Of a stretch of 64,000 nucleotides of DNA, positions 1 through 12,479 are shown in pieces. This stretch comes from Felis catus (lineage: Eukaryota), in NCBI RefSeq assembly GCF_018350175.1, contig NC_058370.1:15438001-15502000 (forward strand), read 5' to 3'. A program made the translations under genes and the position numbers. How positions within the stretch are numbered: position 1 is the stretch's first letter; every line of letters begins with the position of its first letter. The notes beneath the pieces are model-generated. The model made no database searches. It was not told the DNA's origin and saw only the letters and a program-made list of their open reading frames with translations.

Positions 1-30
1 CCTCCCGGGCCTGCACACCCAGGGGATTTA

Positions 31-387
<357 letters not shown>

Positions 388-2055
388 TCAGCCACCTCCT
401 GGGTCTCGCCCTACCCACCTCTTCTTCCTCACTCTGGACATCCCTGCATCCCCACAGGTCTCTGTGCAGGTGATTCCTCCTCCTGCCTGGGAATGCCCTA
501 CTCACCCCTCTCTGCCCACCATCAAAGAAGCCCCCTCCTCCAGGAAGGCTCTCCTGCCCTCCTCAACCACAGCCTCCTCCTGTGCTGTGATCGTTCTGAC
601 CATATGGGCCTCTCACAAGGTCCCTCCTGGGACATGGCTAGGTGGTGGCAGCATCTTGTTTTAAGCATCTTTTCTCCTCAACTAGGCTATGAGCAACCAG
701 GGGACAAGGAGCAAGTCTGGGTCACCTACGTATGTTCCACAATACCACGTAAAGTGCCCCACATCTTCAGAGGCTGAGATCATCCCAATGAACCACCTGA
801 GGTGTGCCCAGCTGGGCAAAACTACATATTTCCCTGTGAATGCCCTGGGCGTGAAAGTAAGTCCTGGTTCCATCCTCAGAGTGGGAAGCCTTACATCTAT
901 AAAGGCTCACTGAACAAGGGGAAACAACCATTCTAGGACCCTACAAAAACATCAAATTAAATCAGAAAGAGAAATATCACAACGGACTAAATATTCACAA
1001 CAGAAAGCATAAAACCAAAATTCTCAACATCAGCTCCACATTACAGGCAATTATGAGCTGAGGGGAGACAGTGACAGCAAAGCAGATGGCAAGAAGGCAA
1101 AGGAGCCAGAGTTCAGGCAAGAGAGAAAGGGTTGGCAGATCTGGAAATCACCGCTTGCTCCTTAGCTGATACCACCTCAGTGTTGTCCTGGGGTTTTTCA
1201 ATAATCCTCTGCTCAGAGTTTTCCAATCGCCCCAATCCTGAAGCCTCAAATAAAGACTGCAAACTTGGAAGCCTGAAAGCTCTACCCAAGCCACAATCCG
1301 GTTTCACTTGGTGTGCACAATATTGGCCCACACAGCATTTCTTAAATTTTGAAATTACCTATATTTAAATTTGCCAATTTGCACACTAAAATCCAGATTT
1401 CTGGCATCTCTGGCAAATGAGAGTATCTGACAACAGTCGGCAACAATGTTCCCACGAGGCAACAATCTACTGAGGCGAGTGGCAGCTGTCCTCTCAAGCT
1501 CCCTAGCCACAGTCCCTACCCCTCTCCATTATTCCCCCCTTTTTAAATCATACTTGTGCTACTGATTTCTCACAGTTGAATTAAGAGGAAATTGTGATAC
1601 AACAGCAGTACCTAAACCTGTCCCTCTCCCAAACAGAAGCTATTCCTCTAACATGGAGATCTGGGGTCTCGTAGGCCAATTCTAGCCCACAGATGTTTTG
1701 TTTGGCCCTCCTGGTGTGATGATGATGAGGGTAGTGAATGTCTTTTAAAAGGTTATCCAGTTTGCCACAGTCTTCTACTGCCTTACATCTAAGTAAGCTT
1801 CAATTCTTTGTTACCTGCCTCTGCAGATACATGCATGTGCTACCTTGTGGAAGTATTAAGGGAAGTAAAAAAACCACCAAAGTAAAGAATGCCACTTAGT
1901 GGTAATATCATTTCTTACTTCTGATGCCAGTTTCACCCCCCACAGAATTGCTGCCCACTGGAACTGCTGCCCCCCAAGATCAGTGGCAGGATGACAACAC
2001 CCGTGGCTGCTACGTCCCCTCTATGGCCTGCAACAGTCCTCAAGGTGGGCACTCA

Positions 2056-2349
<294 letters not shown>

Positions 2350-2781
2350 TCATTTACTAGTGATGTGATCTTGACCAAGTGCCCTTACCTCTCTACATCT
2401 CCAACATCTCACAATCGCTCACAGAACTTAGCACTGCGCCTAGCACCCAGGATAAACAGTAACCGCCAATAGCATCATCGTCAGTTTTGTCGACGCAGCG
2501 TTCTAACTAAAGGGTTACAGAGTGGCAGCCTGGGCCTGCGGAAAGAGCACCTGAACTAGGAGTCAGGAGGAGTCACTGCCCCTCTCCGGGCCTCAGTTTC
2601 ACCACCGGTATAACGGGGTTCTTCAATAACTCTCCCATCTTTCCCCAAAGAGCTAGTTTGTCGGGGCCCGAGTCCAGGGACCAGAAACCCTTCCCGGGAA
2701 CCAAGCCCCGCCTCCCAAAGCTTGTCTCTACCCACCGTCCCAGCAAGTGCCACAGACACCTTTCTAGTCTCACCCTCTCAC

Positions 2782-2968
2782 CTTCTTCCCGCTGCAGCTC
2801 CGAATCCCAGCGCGTGCGGAACTGGAACGTGGCGGCTACGTCCCCAGAAGGCAGCGGGGTGATAACGAGCTCCTCCCTCAGGCTGTCGCGTGGGGGCTCT
2901 GCATGGCCCCTGCCCACCGGACCCAGGAGCAGCAGCACTAACAGGACAAGCGGCAAGGCCGCCGCCAT
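2782..2968 (-). CDS. PIGT: PIG-T exon 1 (start codon, signal peptide)
   Basis: ATG at 2968 in strong context (ggcATGG); [62 protein letters not shown]; GTGAG donor at 2781; 187 nt. Confidence 0.97.
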
Positions 2969-3200
2969 GCCTGCGGCTGCTTCCGCCTCCAAGCGACGCC
3001 CGCCCCCACGAAAGACCGGCCTCCAATAGGAAGAGCGTCTGAGAAAGGACTTCCGGTGCCGTCCCGGAAACCGGGGTGAGATTACCAGAGAGACGGGCTA
3101 GCTAGGTCCTTCGTGGCTGGTTCGTCTAGGGACGCTCCGTAGGGCACGAAGGGCGGTGGACGTTTGGCCTGACGGGGGTGGGATGGGGGGCTGAATGGAT
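2969..3200 (-). promoter_or_regulatory. PIGT: PIGT CpG-rich promoter
   Basis: CpG-rich sequence directly upstream of exon 1; ETS-type ACTTCCGG at 3049-3056, CCGGAAA near 3064, CCAAT at 3023-3027. Confidence 0.75.
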
Positions 3201-3414
3201 GACTCCCTACTTTGCGGTGTTCCTACCCATTAGAATTTGCTTAATAATACCGAGTGTCGCCACTGCCGCTGTGCCTATGTGATGATAGTTGAGGAAACAG
3301 GCTGAAAAGGTTACTTTTGCTAGGTCACGTGACAGGTCTCGTGCTTCTGGTGACTCCATCTGCTCAGTTCTAAACCTGATGCAGAGCTTTTCCTGTAAAA
3401 CCTCCAAATAACTG

Positions 3415-4550
3415 TCCCCTTTATTATGAAAAATGTCAAACATACAGCATAATTGAAAGAATGAACGCCTGTTAATGAACGTGTATTTCCCCATCACCTA
3501 GACTCCACCACTGACAATTTACTATACTTGCTTTATCACATATTGGTCTGTAAATCCCTCAATTCTTATGTTTTGATACATTTCAAGGTAAATTGCAGAC
3601 ATAAGTACACTTCTCCCCCCTAAATATTTCAGCATGCATGTCATTAAATAAAGGTTAATATCTGTTGATATTTTTCTTTTGGTGTAAAATTTACATACAA
3701 TGAAATGCACAATCCAAGGGCACATTCACTGAGTCTGACAAGAGCATACACCCATCAAGATCTAGAACATTCCTAAAACCCTAGAGAGTTGGTTAGTCCG
3801 CTTGCCAGTCAATCTCTGCCTCCTCCTTCCTTCCAGAGGCAACCAATGTTTTGATTTTTCTCCACGAAATAGCTTAATCTGTTCTACTGGCCCATATAAG
3901 TGAAACCATCATATAGTGCGTATACTTTCTTGTGTAAGACTTCATTCACAGGAAGAATGTTTCTGGGAACCATCCATGTTCTTGCATGTATGAGCAGCTT
4001 TTCTTTTTATTGCTATGTAGTATTAAATTGTATGAATACACCTTAGTTTATCCTGATGATGAACACCTGAGCTCTTTCAAGACTTTAGTTCTTATGAACT
4101 AGGTTGCTGTATAAGTTACTCTGTAGACATATGTTTATTTCCTTTGGGTAAATACTTAGGAGTGGTCAAAGAATAGGTAAATGTTTAACTGTTTAAGAAA
4201 CTTTCAGAGCTTTTTCCAAAATGTATCATTTTATACTTGCACCAACAATATGTGAGAGTTCTGGATACTCCACATCCTGCTCAACGTTTTTAATTTTTTG
4301 GATNNNNNNNNNNNNNNNNNNNNNNNNNNNNNNNNNNNNNNNNNNNNNNNNNNNNNNNNNNNNNNNNNNNNNNNNNNNNNNNNNNNNNNNNNNNNNNNNN
4401 NNNNNNNNNNNNNNNNNNNNNNNNNNNNNNNNNNNNNNNNNNNNNNNNNNNNNNNNNNNNNNNTTGTGAAAAGTCTGTTAAAATATTTTTGCCCACCCCT
4501 CCCCTTTTTTCTATTGGTTTATTTGCCTTTTTATTATTGAGTTGTAAAGT
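3415..4550 (-). mobile_element. Ancient L1 (L1M-type) 3' fragments
   Basis: AT-rich sequence resembling reverse-complement L1ME/L1MB 3' ends; contains N gap 4304-4463; subfamily not resolved. Confidence 0.65.
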
Positions 4551-6704
4551 TCCAACATTAAAATTCCTGCTTTGGTTTTTCCAGCTGCCCTATGAGAAAC
4601 ACAGTCACAAAAGATTTTGCCCATAGTCTCTTGGGGAAACTCACAACCATACTTCTACAAAGAGCCAAATTTGGTGTTGGACAGGTCTACCAAGATATGC
4701 CCCAACCAACCAGAGAGGAAGTGTCAAAAGGTGTCATTATGCCCTCATTCTACTTATATATATAGTGTTCTTCTCCCACTAGACATGGAATGGAAGAAAG
4801 GCCCTGAGTTTAGATGTCAGACTGAGAAGGGTTCAAATCCCCACAGCAGCTTTTAACCCATATGAGCATAAGCAACCCGTGTCACTTTTCTTCCTCTGAA
4901 AAATAGATAAACCTACTCTCGGGGTTGTTGTAAGAATTAGAAAGTATGTATATGTAGGGTCTAGAATGTAGTAAGTGCTTAATATTTACTATCATTTACT
5001 CAATCTTTGATATAGGGTCTATGATCTCCATTTTACAGAAGAGAAAACTGGAGTACAGAAAGGAAGATAATTGCCTAACATCACATTGAGTCATGAAGCC
5101 AGGACTAGAGTCNNNNNNNNNNNNNNNNNNNNNNNNNNNNNNNNNNNNNNNNNNNNNNNNNNNNNNNNNNNNNNNNNNNNNNNNNNNNNNNNNNNNNNNN
5201 NNNNNNNNNNNNNNNNNNNNNNNNNNNNNNNNNNNNNNNNNNNNNNNNNNNNNNNNNNNNNNNNNNNNNNNNNNNNNNNNNNNNNNNNNNNNNNNNNNNN
5301 NNNNNNNNNNNATTATATTTCTGTGCTTTGTCTCCATTTGAATTGCCTGTCCCCATCATAAAGACCCAGCCACCTCCAGGAGACTTACCTTCTCCCTCTC
5401 TGGTGTGCTATAGTCCCCTGTGCACTTCTGCTACAGCCTGTGTCATATTTCCATTGTGTGTGGCCGTGTCGGCTCCTGGAAGAGCTCTTGGTCACCTTAG
5501 TATTTGTTTCCTAAGCAAGGAGGCTAGCACATAGTAGGTGCTCAGTAATGTCTGAACAAACAAAAATCACAGCACAGTCCCATATTGTCCCCACACTGTC
5601 ATGCTGTTCAGTGTCAAGTTCTGTGCATTCCTAGGGACTGCCACAGTGCACACCTTCCAGGGAATCTTCCCCAAAGCTGTGGCCCCTCCTATTTCCTCCA
5701 CAGCATAGGATTCTACAGGATGCGCTTGTCTTCTTCCCCTCCCCCCCAGAGTCTGTGACCAGTCTAGGCAATAGACAGAGAAGAAGCCACACTGTGGCTT
5801 GGAGACTGAAAGCTGGGCCACTTGCCTAGGAGTTGGCTCCGAATCCCCTTTTCCTCTCCAGGGGCACTGTGTGGCCTCAAAAAACAGTCAGCTGGAGATG
5901 CTGGCTCTGAAGGCTAGCCAGGACCCTGTGGTTTAGCAGAAGAAGAGATCATTGTCCAAGGAGGAAGTAGTCCTGGGGTCTCAGCTGACCCTAGACTTTT
6001 CCAGGCAGGGCTGGGGCTCATAGCAGCTGAACTGAAGGCTCCCCAAAGGCTCACAAACAATTCTATCTCTCCAGAAGGCTGGAGTCCCTCTCCCCAGGCA
6101 AACTCCCTGCCCTAAGCCCCACAGACCTAAACATCCTGTGCCTGGAGTGCTAAGAGATTTGTTGACCTGTTGACAGCAACCAAGCAAGTCTAGCTTCCCA
6201 TTATTTGCCTCGGAGGGGAATAGGGTGCCCTTGGGAGCTGCGAAGCCCTGCATAGCAGAGCCACGGAGCTCATAGGCTGCAGCCCAGGAGAAGGCTCAGC
6301 CACAGTTGGGCGGCTGAACTTTGCTACTCCAAAGGAAGGGAGAGGGCAAAGACAGAGACCATGTCTTTTGTGTGCAGCAAAGTCCCAAACAACCCAGAAC
6401 AACTGCAAAATTTAACATGAGACTGAGTCCCGGCCCAGTTTAGTGGATGATCTCAACTTGGACACAGAGGCTTTTAGACAAAAGGAGCACAAAACTCCCA
6501 CAAGTTTCTCACCAGTGCTAGGAAAAGCACTCAAGAGCTGTCACTTACAATGGCCTCCTGCAGGGGTGGAAGCAGGCTGGGATGACTGGAAGACTGCAGG
6601 CCTGTCACTCACTCAGCCTGGGTGGCACCAGGAGCTTTGGGATTTAGGCTGAAGGTCACTGATCCCATGGGTGGTGTTTGATGTATGAAGTGGGGTGGAA
6701 TGCT

Positions 6705-6742
6705 TTATTTATTTATTTATTTATTCATTTATTTATTTATTT
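6705..6742. repeat. (TTTA)n microsatellite
   Basis: Directly visible tetranucleotide run. Confidence 0.9.
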
Positions 6743-6779
6743 GATGTGAGAAATGCCTTGATGCCCCTTATGGCTGGGT

Positions 6780-7580
6780 CCTAGAACTCTCCTTTCTTCT
6801 TCCACTCCCCATCCCTCCCTGGACACACTCACATAGCACCTACACCTGGTAGCTCCGTCTATTTATTTTCCCAGCCCAATCCTCTCCAAACCCCACACTC
6901 GGGTCCGAGTGCCTACCCAATATGCCCTCTTGCACGTCTCAAAAGCACCTCAAACTCAACACGTCCAAAAACAAATGTATGACCTTCTTCCCAAGCCTGG
7001 TTCTCTCTGACACTCCCCATCTGGGGAAATAACACTCTACATGGTCCTGTTGCATGAGGGAGAAACAATGGTGGCACCCTTAACCCCTTCCTCTCTGACC
7101 TACCTGTCAGATCTTTTGGAACTTGTCTCTCAAACATCTCTTCATTCCTTCCACCTTTCTGTATCCCGTCCACCTCCACCCTCGTCCATTGCCTGCCTCG
7201 TCCATAGCTGGCTGCCATCACCTCCTGATTCCCAGGCATCCACTCCTCCAGTCAGCATTGCACAAGGAGCCTCTCCCCCCGCCCCCACCACCTTGCTCCC
7301 CCTAGGTGACTCCTTCTTACCCTTGAGGGCTCGGCTCAGCTCAGATGCCACTTCCTCAAGGGAGATGTTCCGTGAGTGCTCCCAGTAGGCTATTAAGTCC
7401 TTCCTAGCACTGGTCATAATTACAATTTTACATTTGGGCCCCCACTAGACTAGACCCCCATAAAAGCAGCACGGTGCCCCCCCTTTTTTTATTCTTGTCA
7501 TTCTACGTTCCCAAGCCATGCTCAGTGTCTTATATGTGTTAAACATTGACATTTAATAAATATTTACTGAATGAATGTCA
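6780..7580 (+). mobile_element. L2 LINE fragments
   Basis: cacctcaaactcaacacgtccaaaa motif and L2 3' terminus-like aataaatatttactgaatgaatg. Confidence 0.6.
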
Positions 7581-8974
7581 TTTATTTGTTTATACCTTGC
7601 CTCAACCCAGTCAAGCTGATCATTATTACCATTATCTCCTGCATGGAGTATTGTGTTAGATGTCTGTCCTGAGCCTCTCTCCTCCTCCGGTATATTCTTT
7701 CCACTGCAGCCAGAATTACCTTTTTAACAAGCAAGTTCAACCACCTGTAATTCTTCATTACTCCCCATAAAGTTCAAATTCGTTAACGTGACCTCTAACA
7801 TGTAAACTGCCAGTTACCATTCCAAAGACTGTCTTCTTGTTCCTTAGTAACATACCCCTGATTTTAACAAGAGAGTAGTGTACCCCTACTAAAGGATTAT
7901 CCTGCCCTCTCCAGTAGCCCTGGTGCTTCTGAGAGGTTTGAAAGGTAGTACAGAAATCAGATGCATTGGTAACTCAGTGACTCGAAAAGGTTACGGTCTT
8001 TCCAAAGACCAGAATTTTCTTTCTTGTAGATAACGTTGTGTCCCTACGTCTATAAAATATCTGTAAGTGAAACATTTCTCACGTTAGCAAGCTCTGATCG
8101 GTGAGCTGAAAGTGGACATCGCTGGACAGAACTCCCAAGAATGCTTCCTGAAGTGGAAACAGACCGCAGGCTGTGCTGTGCCCATCCCCAGTTTTCTCTC
8201 CGTCTTTCTGCCGGCTTCAGGGACGTGATGGCTGGCACCGCAGCAGCCATCAGACATAAGCTATCAATGAGAATCCCAGCCGTGTGGCTGGGACGGCTGA
8301 GAAAAAGAGCCAAAACGGACTCAGGCGCCCAAAAACTCTGGAGCAGTCATACAGCCCTGTGCTTTGGGCTTCTTTTCTATAAGGAAAGAAAACTGTAACT
8401 TAAGTCTCTGATCTTTTACTAGCAGCCAAACTGAAACTTGATACAGGCTTCAAAGTATTTCATGACTAACCTTTGTCAGTCTTACCTCTCCCTTCCTCTC
8501 ATCCTCAAATTCCACAGTTCGGCCAAGCTGAATGTTTCAGTTCCTCGGAGCTGTTTCTCCCCATTTAAAGTCTTCTCAAGCTGCTCTTTCTGCCTGGATT
8601 ACAGCCCCCATTTGGCAAACTCCCACGCAGCCTCTGGATCTCAGCTTAAAACTCAGCTCTTCAATGACCATACGAGCTATTTTCTGACACCAGAGTTGCT
8701 CGCTCATCACGCTGCTTATTACACTGTGAATTGTGGTATTTACCTGATTTTCTCCTCCAGAGACAGTAAACTGCATGCAGGCAGGGAGACAGCCTGTCTT
8801 GTTCAAAACTGCATTCCAAGTGTCTGGCATAGGTATTCAAGAAATACTTCCCGAAGATACAGAGTACATGAGAGATGGGGACACGGTGTTGGCTAGAGAA
8901 CTGAAAAAATACAGCGGGTTTGATATCTCTGCAGTGTGATAAATGAAGGGGGATGGTTGGTATATTATTATCTG

Positions 8975-8980
8975 TTTATT
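8975..8980 (-). terminator. DBNDD2: Probable DBNDD2 polyadenylation signal AATAAA
   Basis: tttatt on + strand about 450 nt downstream of the DBNDD2 stop codon. Confidence 0.7.
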
Positions 8981-9425
8981 ACTTATTCCGTGCCCTGTTC
9001 CCAAACAGGGGGTGGGGGAGCAGGGGTACCACCGCACGGGGAGTGCTAGGAGTTCACGTCCACTTAGAGACACTGGTGTAGGAGACTCTATCAGAAGACT
9101 GCAGGATAGTCTGGGGGAGGCAGGGGCGCTAGGAAAAGCAGCGGCATCTCGTCCTACCTCATCTTCCATCCCTGCGCCTGCAAGCCCTGCCTCAGGAGTA
9201 AAGCCAAAAACTGGTGGGGGGGGGGGGGGGCGGGTCGCAGCAGGAAAGGTTAGCAGTAAAGCAGGAGGGTTGATTCCCAGAGAGGCTCACCATCCCACCA
9301 TCCTTGCCTCCCCCCAGTGCCTGCTGCAAGTAAAGAGTCTGGTCTTCTCCGCAGGGCTCTGGCTGGGCCTCTCGTCTCCTGTGTGGAAGAGCCAGCCCGC
9401 TCAGTCTATACATGGACGCCCACTG

Positions 9426-9631
9426 CTAGCTGCAAGCTCCAGGCTCTGCCCCCCCATCGGCCCCATCCTCTTCCTCATCAGACTGTGCCAAGGGCGTGTC
9501 CGCTCCGCCGTCACTGGGATTTGGGCTGTGCAGGTTGGTGGAGTCGTCAGAAGACGAGGAGGAGGTGCGGGACGCGGTCCTGTCTGGCGTGGCCGTTGGC
9601 AGGCCCAGCTCCTCTGGACGGTCGTCCATCC
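9426..9631 (-). CDS. DBNDD2: Dysbindin domain-containing protein 2, last coding exon
   Basis: (G)MDDRPEELGLPTATPDRTASRTSSSSSDDSTNLHSPNPSDGGADTPLAQSDEEEDGADGGAEPGACS*; gggcag acceptor at 9633-9632; TAG at 9428-9426. Confidence 0.95.
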
Positions 9632-10041
9632 CTGCCCAAAAAGAAGAGTTGGTCAGCGCCACAAACAGGGCTTCAGGGGGCTCTGAGAGATGCTCTGGCC
9701 AGCAGGGGCTGAAGCCCAGAGAGGCGCAGAGGCCTCACCAGTCAACTGAGCCAGTCCGGCAGACAGCCAGGTGTCCTGACTCTCAGGTCCCTTCATTTCA
9801 CTACGGCATGTGTGGGCCCTGCAGTCTGCTCCATGGACTCAAGCGTGCAAACTCCACCTACGCCACCTACTTGATATTGGGTAGCTTTGGGCAAGTCATT
9901 TTCCCCCTCAAGGACTCTGAATCTTCTCTGTAAAAATGGGGTTCCAGAAGGGTTTTGAGGATGAAATCGAAGAATGATTATAAAATGCCTGGCACGTAGC
10001 AGGCCATCAGTAAACAGCAGCAGTTTTAGAGAAAAGAAGAA

Positions 10042-10164
10042 GCCTGGGTGGTTTCATCCATTAAGTGTCTGAATCTTGATCTCAGCTCAGGTCTCCATCT
10101 CAGAGTCATGAGTTCAAGCCCCGCGTTGGGCCCTGCATTAGGCATGAAGCCTACTTTAAAAAAA
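10042..10164 (+). mobile_element. Short Can-SINE (tRNA-derived)
   Basis: gcctgggtgg...ttaag...cttgatctcagctcaggtc...gagttcaagcccc head and A-tail. Confidence 0.75.
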
Positions 10165-10595
10165 GAGAGTATCTATCTTATAAGCTAAACATATGGGCTT
10201 TGGAATGAGAAAGCCATGGTTTGAGCTCAGCTCTTCCACTTTCTGGCTGTGTGGCAATTTCTAATTTCTTCCTTTATAAAATTAGGATACTACCACCTGC
10301 CCTAATAGGATATTATAAGAATTGAGCTAATTTGGCACAGTATTAGCAACTAAAAAAAAAAAAAAAAAAAAAAGTGCTCAGTAAATGTTCATATGAAGAT
10401 GACTAAATCAGCTTAAGTTGTGTAATATAAAAATTATATTTTATATTATTTTAATTACATGAACTAATTATGTTAATTTCACAAATGTAAAATTAACAAA
10501 GACTAAGGGGGGGTTGGGGCATTCCCAGAAGTTTTTTTTTTAGATTGATTGAATGATTGATTGATTTTTATATAGTGTGCGGCACCCAACACATT

Positions 10596-10810
10596 TAAAT
10601 GTTTATTTATTTTGAGAGGGAGAGAGAGAGTGTGCAAGAGCATGTATGCGAGAGCCGGGGAAGGGGCAGAGAGGAGAGAGAATCCCAAGCAGACTCCTCG
10701 CGGACAGTGAGGGGCCCAATGGAGCGCTTGATCCCACAAACTATGAGATCATGACCTGAGCCGAAATCAAGAGTCAGATGCCTAACTGACTGAGCCACCC
10801 AGGCGTCCCC
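10596..10810 (-). mobile_element. Can-SINE
   Basis: Reverse-complement tRNA-like head (tgagccacccaggcgtcccc), (CT)n region, AATAAA tail. Confidence 0.9.
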
Positions 10811-11020
10811 GCCTCAGAATTTTAGATTGAGGATCTGTCATCCAGTTCCCCTCAGAGTCAGCGTCCCTAAAATCAGAACAGACAGCTGTTTTATTGGTAG
10901 AAACACCCACTTCCAGGCCCTACGTGTATATTTCCCCGGTCCCACTTGCAGCCTCATTTCAGAGCCTGACGCCTGTTTCTGGCTAACTGGTGCCCAAGTC
11001 CCCAAAGCCAAGGGGCATAC

Positions 11021-11158
11021 CAGATGTCTGGGGGGTTGGTGGAGGGTCTTCGCAAGGCAAGAACACATCTGCTCCATCTTGGTCCCCAAGGTCAATAAGT
11101 TCTACCTGCTCCAGGGCATCCACATTCACTTCCATGGATGAGATACTTCCTATGGGGG
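11021..11158 (-). CDS. DBNDD2: DBNDD2 middle coding exon
   Basis: (P)[45 protein letters not shown]; ctgcag acceptor, GTATG donor; 138 nt. Confidence 0.95.
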
Positions 11159-11350
11159 CTGCAGATCAAGGGGGCAGGTCAGGAGGATGCGGGCCAGAGC
11201 ACATAGGATGGTCAGAGATATGTGTCAGGTCTAGAGACAGAAGTCTCGAGGGCCAACAAAATGGGGGGATGAGGCTCCCATACTTCAGGACGTACAAGAC
11301 GTGCCTCCCCTACCCCACCCCAGTCCCTCTCCCCAGGACTCAGAGCTTAC

Positions 11351-11489
11351 GTCTCTGCGACTCGAGATGCAGGTGGGACAGGGGGAAGACAAACTCTGTC
11401 TCTGGCTGTAAAATGTCCTCAAAGAATTTCTGCCGCTCCCGAAGGCGGAGCTGCTGGCGCTCCAGGGCTGCCCGGGGATTTGGGTCCAT
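11351..11489 (-). CDS. DBNDD2: DBNDD2 first coding exon of the main 160-aa isoform (exon begins at 11497)
   Basis: MDPNPRAALERQQLRLRERQKFFEDILQPETEFVFPLSHLHLESQR; acceptor at 11499-11498; GTAAG donor at 11350; three exons sum to 483 nt. Confidence 0.95.
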
Positions 11490-12479
11490 GTCAGCTCCTG
11501 GAAGGTGGAAAAGCAAGTACAGCTATGAAGGTGAGAGGGAAGGGGCGGGGGGGGGGGGGGGGGGGGGGAGGGAGGCTGGGCCTGGGGAGCGTGGGGAGCT
11601 CCGCTGCAGCTGGCATCCCAGCCGTGGGGCCTCCAGGTGCAGCCGGACACCTCTGGTCTTGGCTACCTCCTTCCCTTCCTCGAAACAAAGTCCGTTACCA
11701 CAAAGTCCATTACCACAAGTCTCCTAAAGCGACAGCGCTGACCCTGGCTCCACAAAGGGGATGCCGGTTCCAGGCACGGCAAGAGAAGCTCCTCTGTATT
11801 CAGGGAATGGGGCCGATGGCCAAGACTCAGTATCATGCCCTCGTGAGAGGACTGGTCCAGCCCAAATGGGGGAGGCACTTTTAGTGGACCCGGCCTCCCC
11901 TCAGAAGGCCAGGGAAGGGGGTGGGCTGGGGATCTCAGGGTGGAAGGTCATCTTCCTCTAGTGCTGCAACTCTGGGTCATGCCCTGCCTTCAAAACCCAG
12001 ACAAAAGCTAAAGCACCTCCTCCCCACCATACTCCCCATCACCACCATCCCCTCCAAACCCTGCTCTGAAGTCACAGATCTGACTTCCAGACTTGGCTCT
12101 GCCCCTAAGGAAATCATCTTTCCAGCCTCGGTCTCCCCATCTGAAAATGGCCTAATAGTCCTACCTGCCTCAAATGGGAGAGGCTGCGGGTGCAGGTGCG
12201 CCGTAAAATGTAAAGCCCAGATACTCTACTATCCAGAGGCCGCCCATCTCTTCTCCGCTTTCCCCAGCTCGTTATTTGGGCGCCTCTCCTCTGACATCTC
12301 GGTCTTACATCCCTACTAGTCAAAGTAGCAATTGGAAGGGCGGGGCCTGGGTCCAATTCAGGGCCCCCGGACCCCCAGTGCTGAGAGCTTGCCGGAATAC
12401 CAGAACTCTGGGCCAGCCCAGGCTCCACACATTCACTCCCATTTGCTCGTCCCTCCGGAGCCCATCACCGGAGGCAAGA

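Noticed and set aside
4221-5361. ORFs spanning N runs
   Set aside because: Artefacts of translating gaps as X
8943-9686. 247-aa plus-strand ORF
   Set aside because: Antisense to the DBNDD2 last exon and 3' UTR; low-complexity, runs through a poly-G tract
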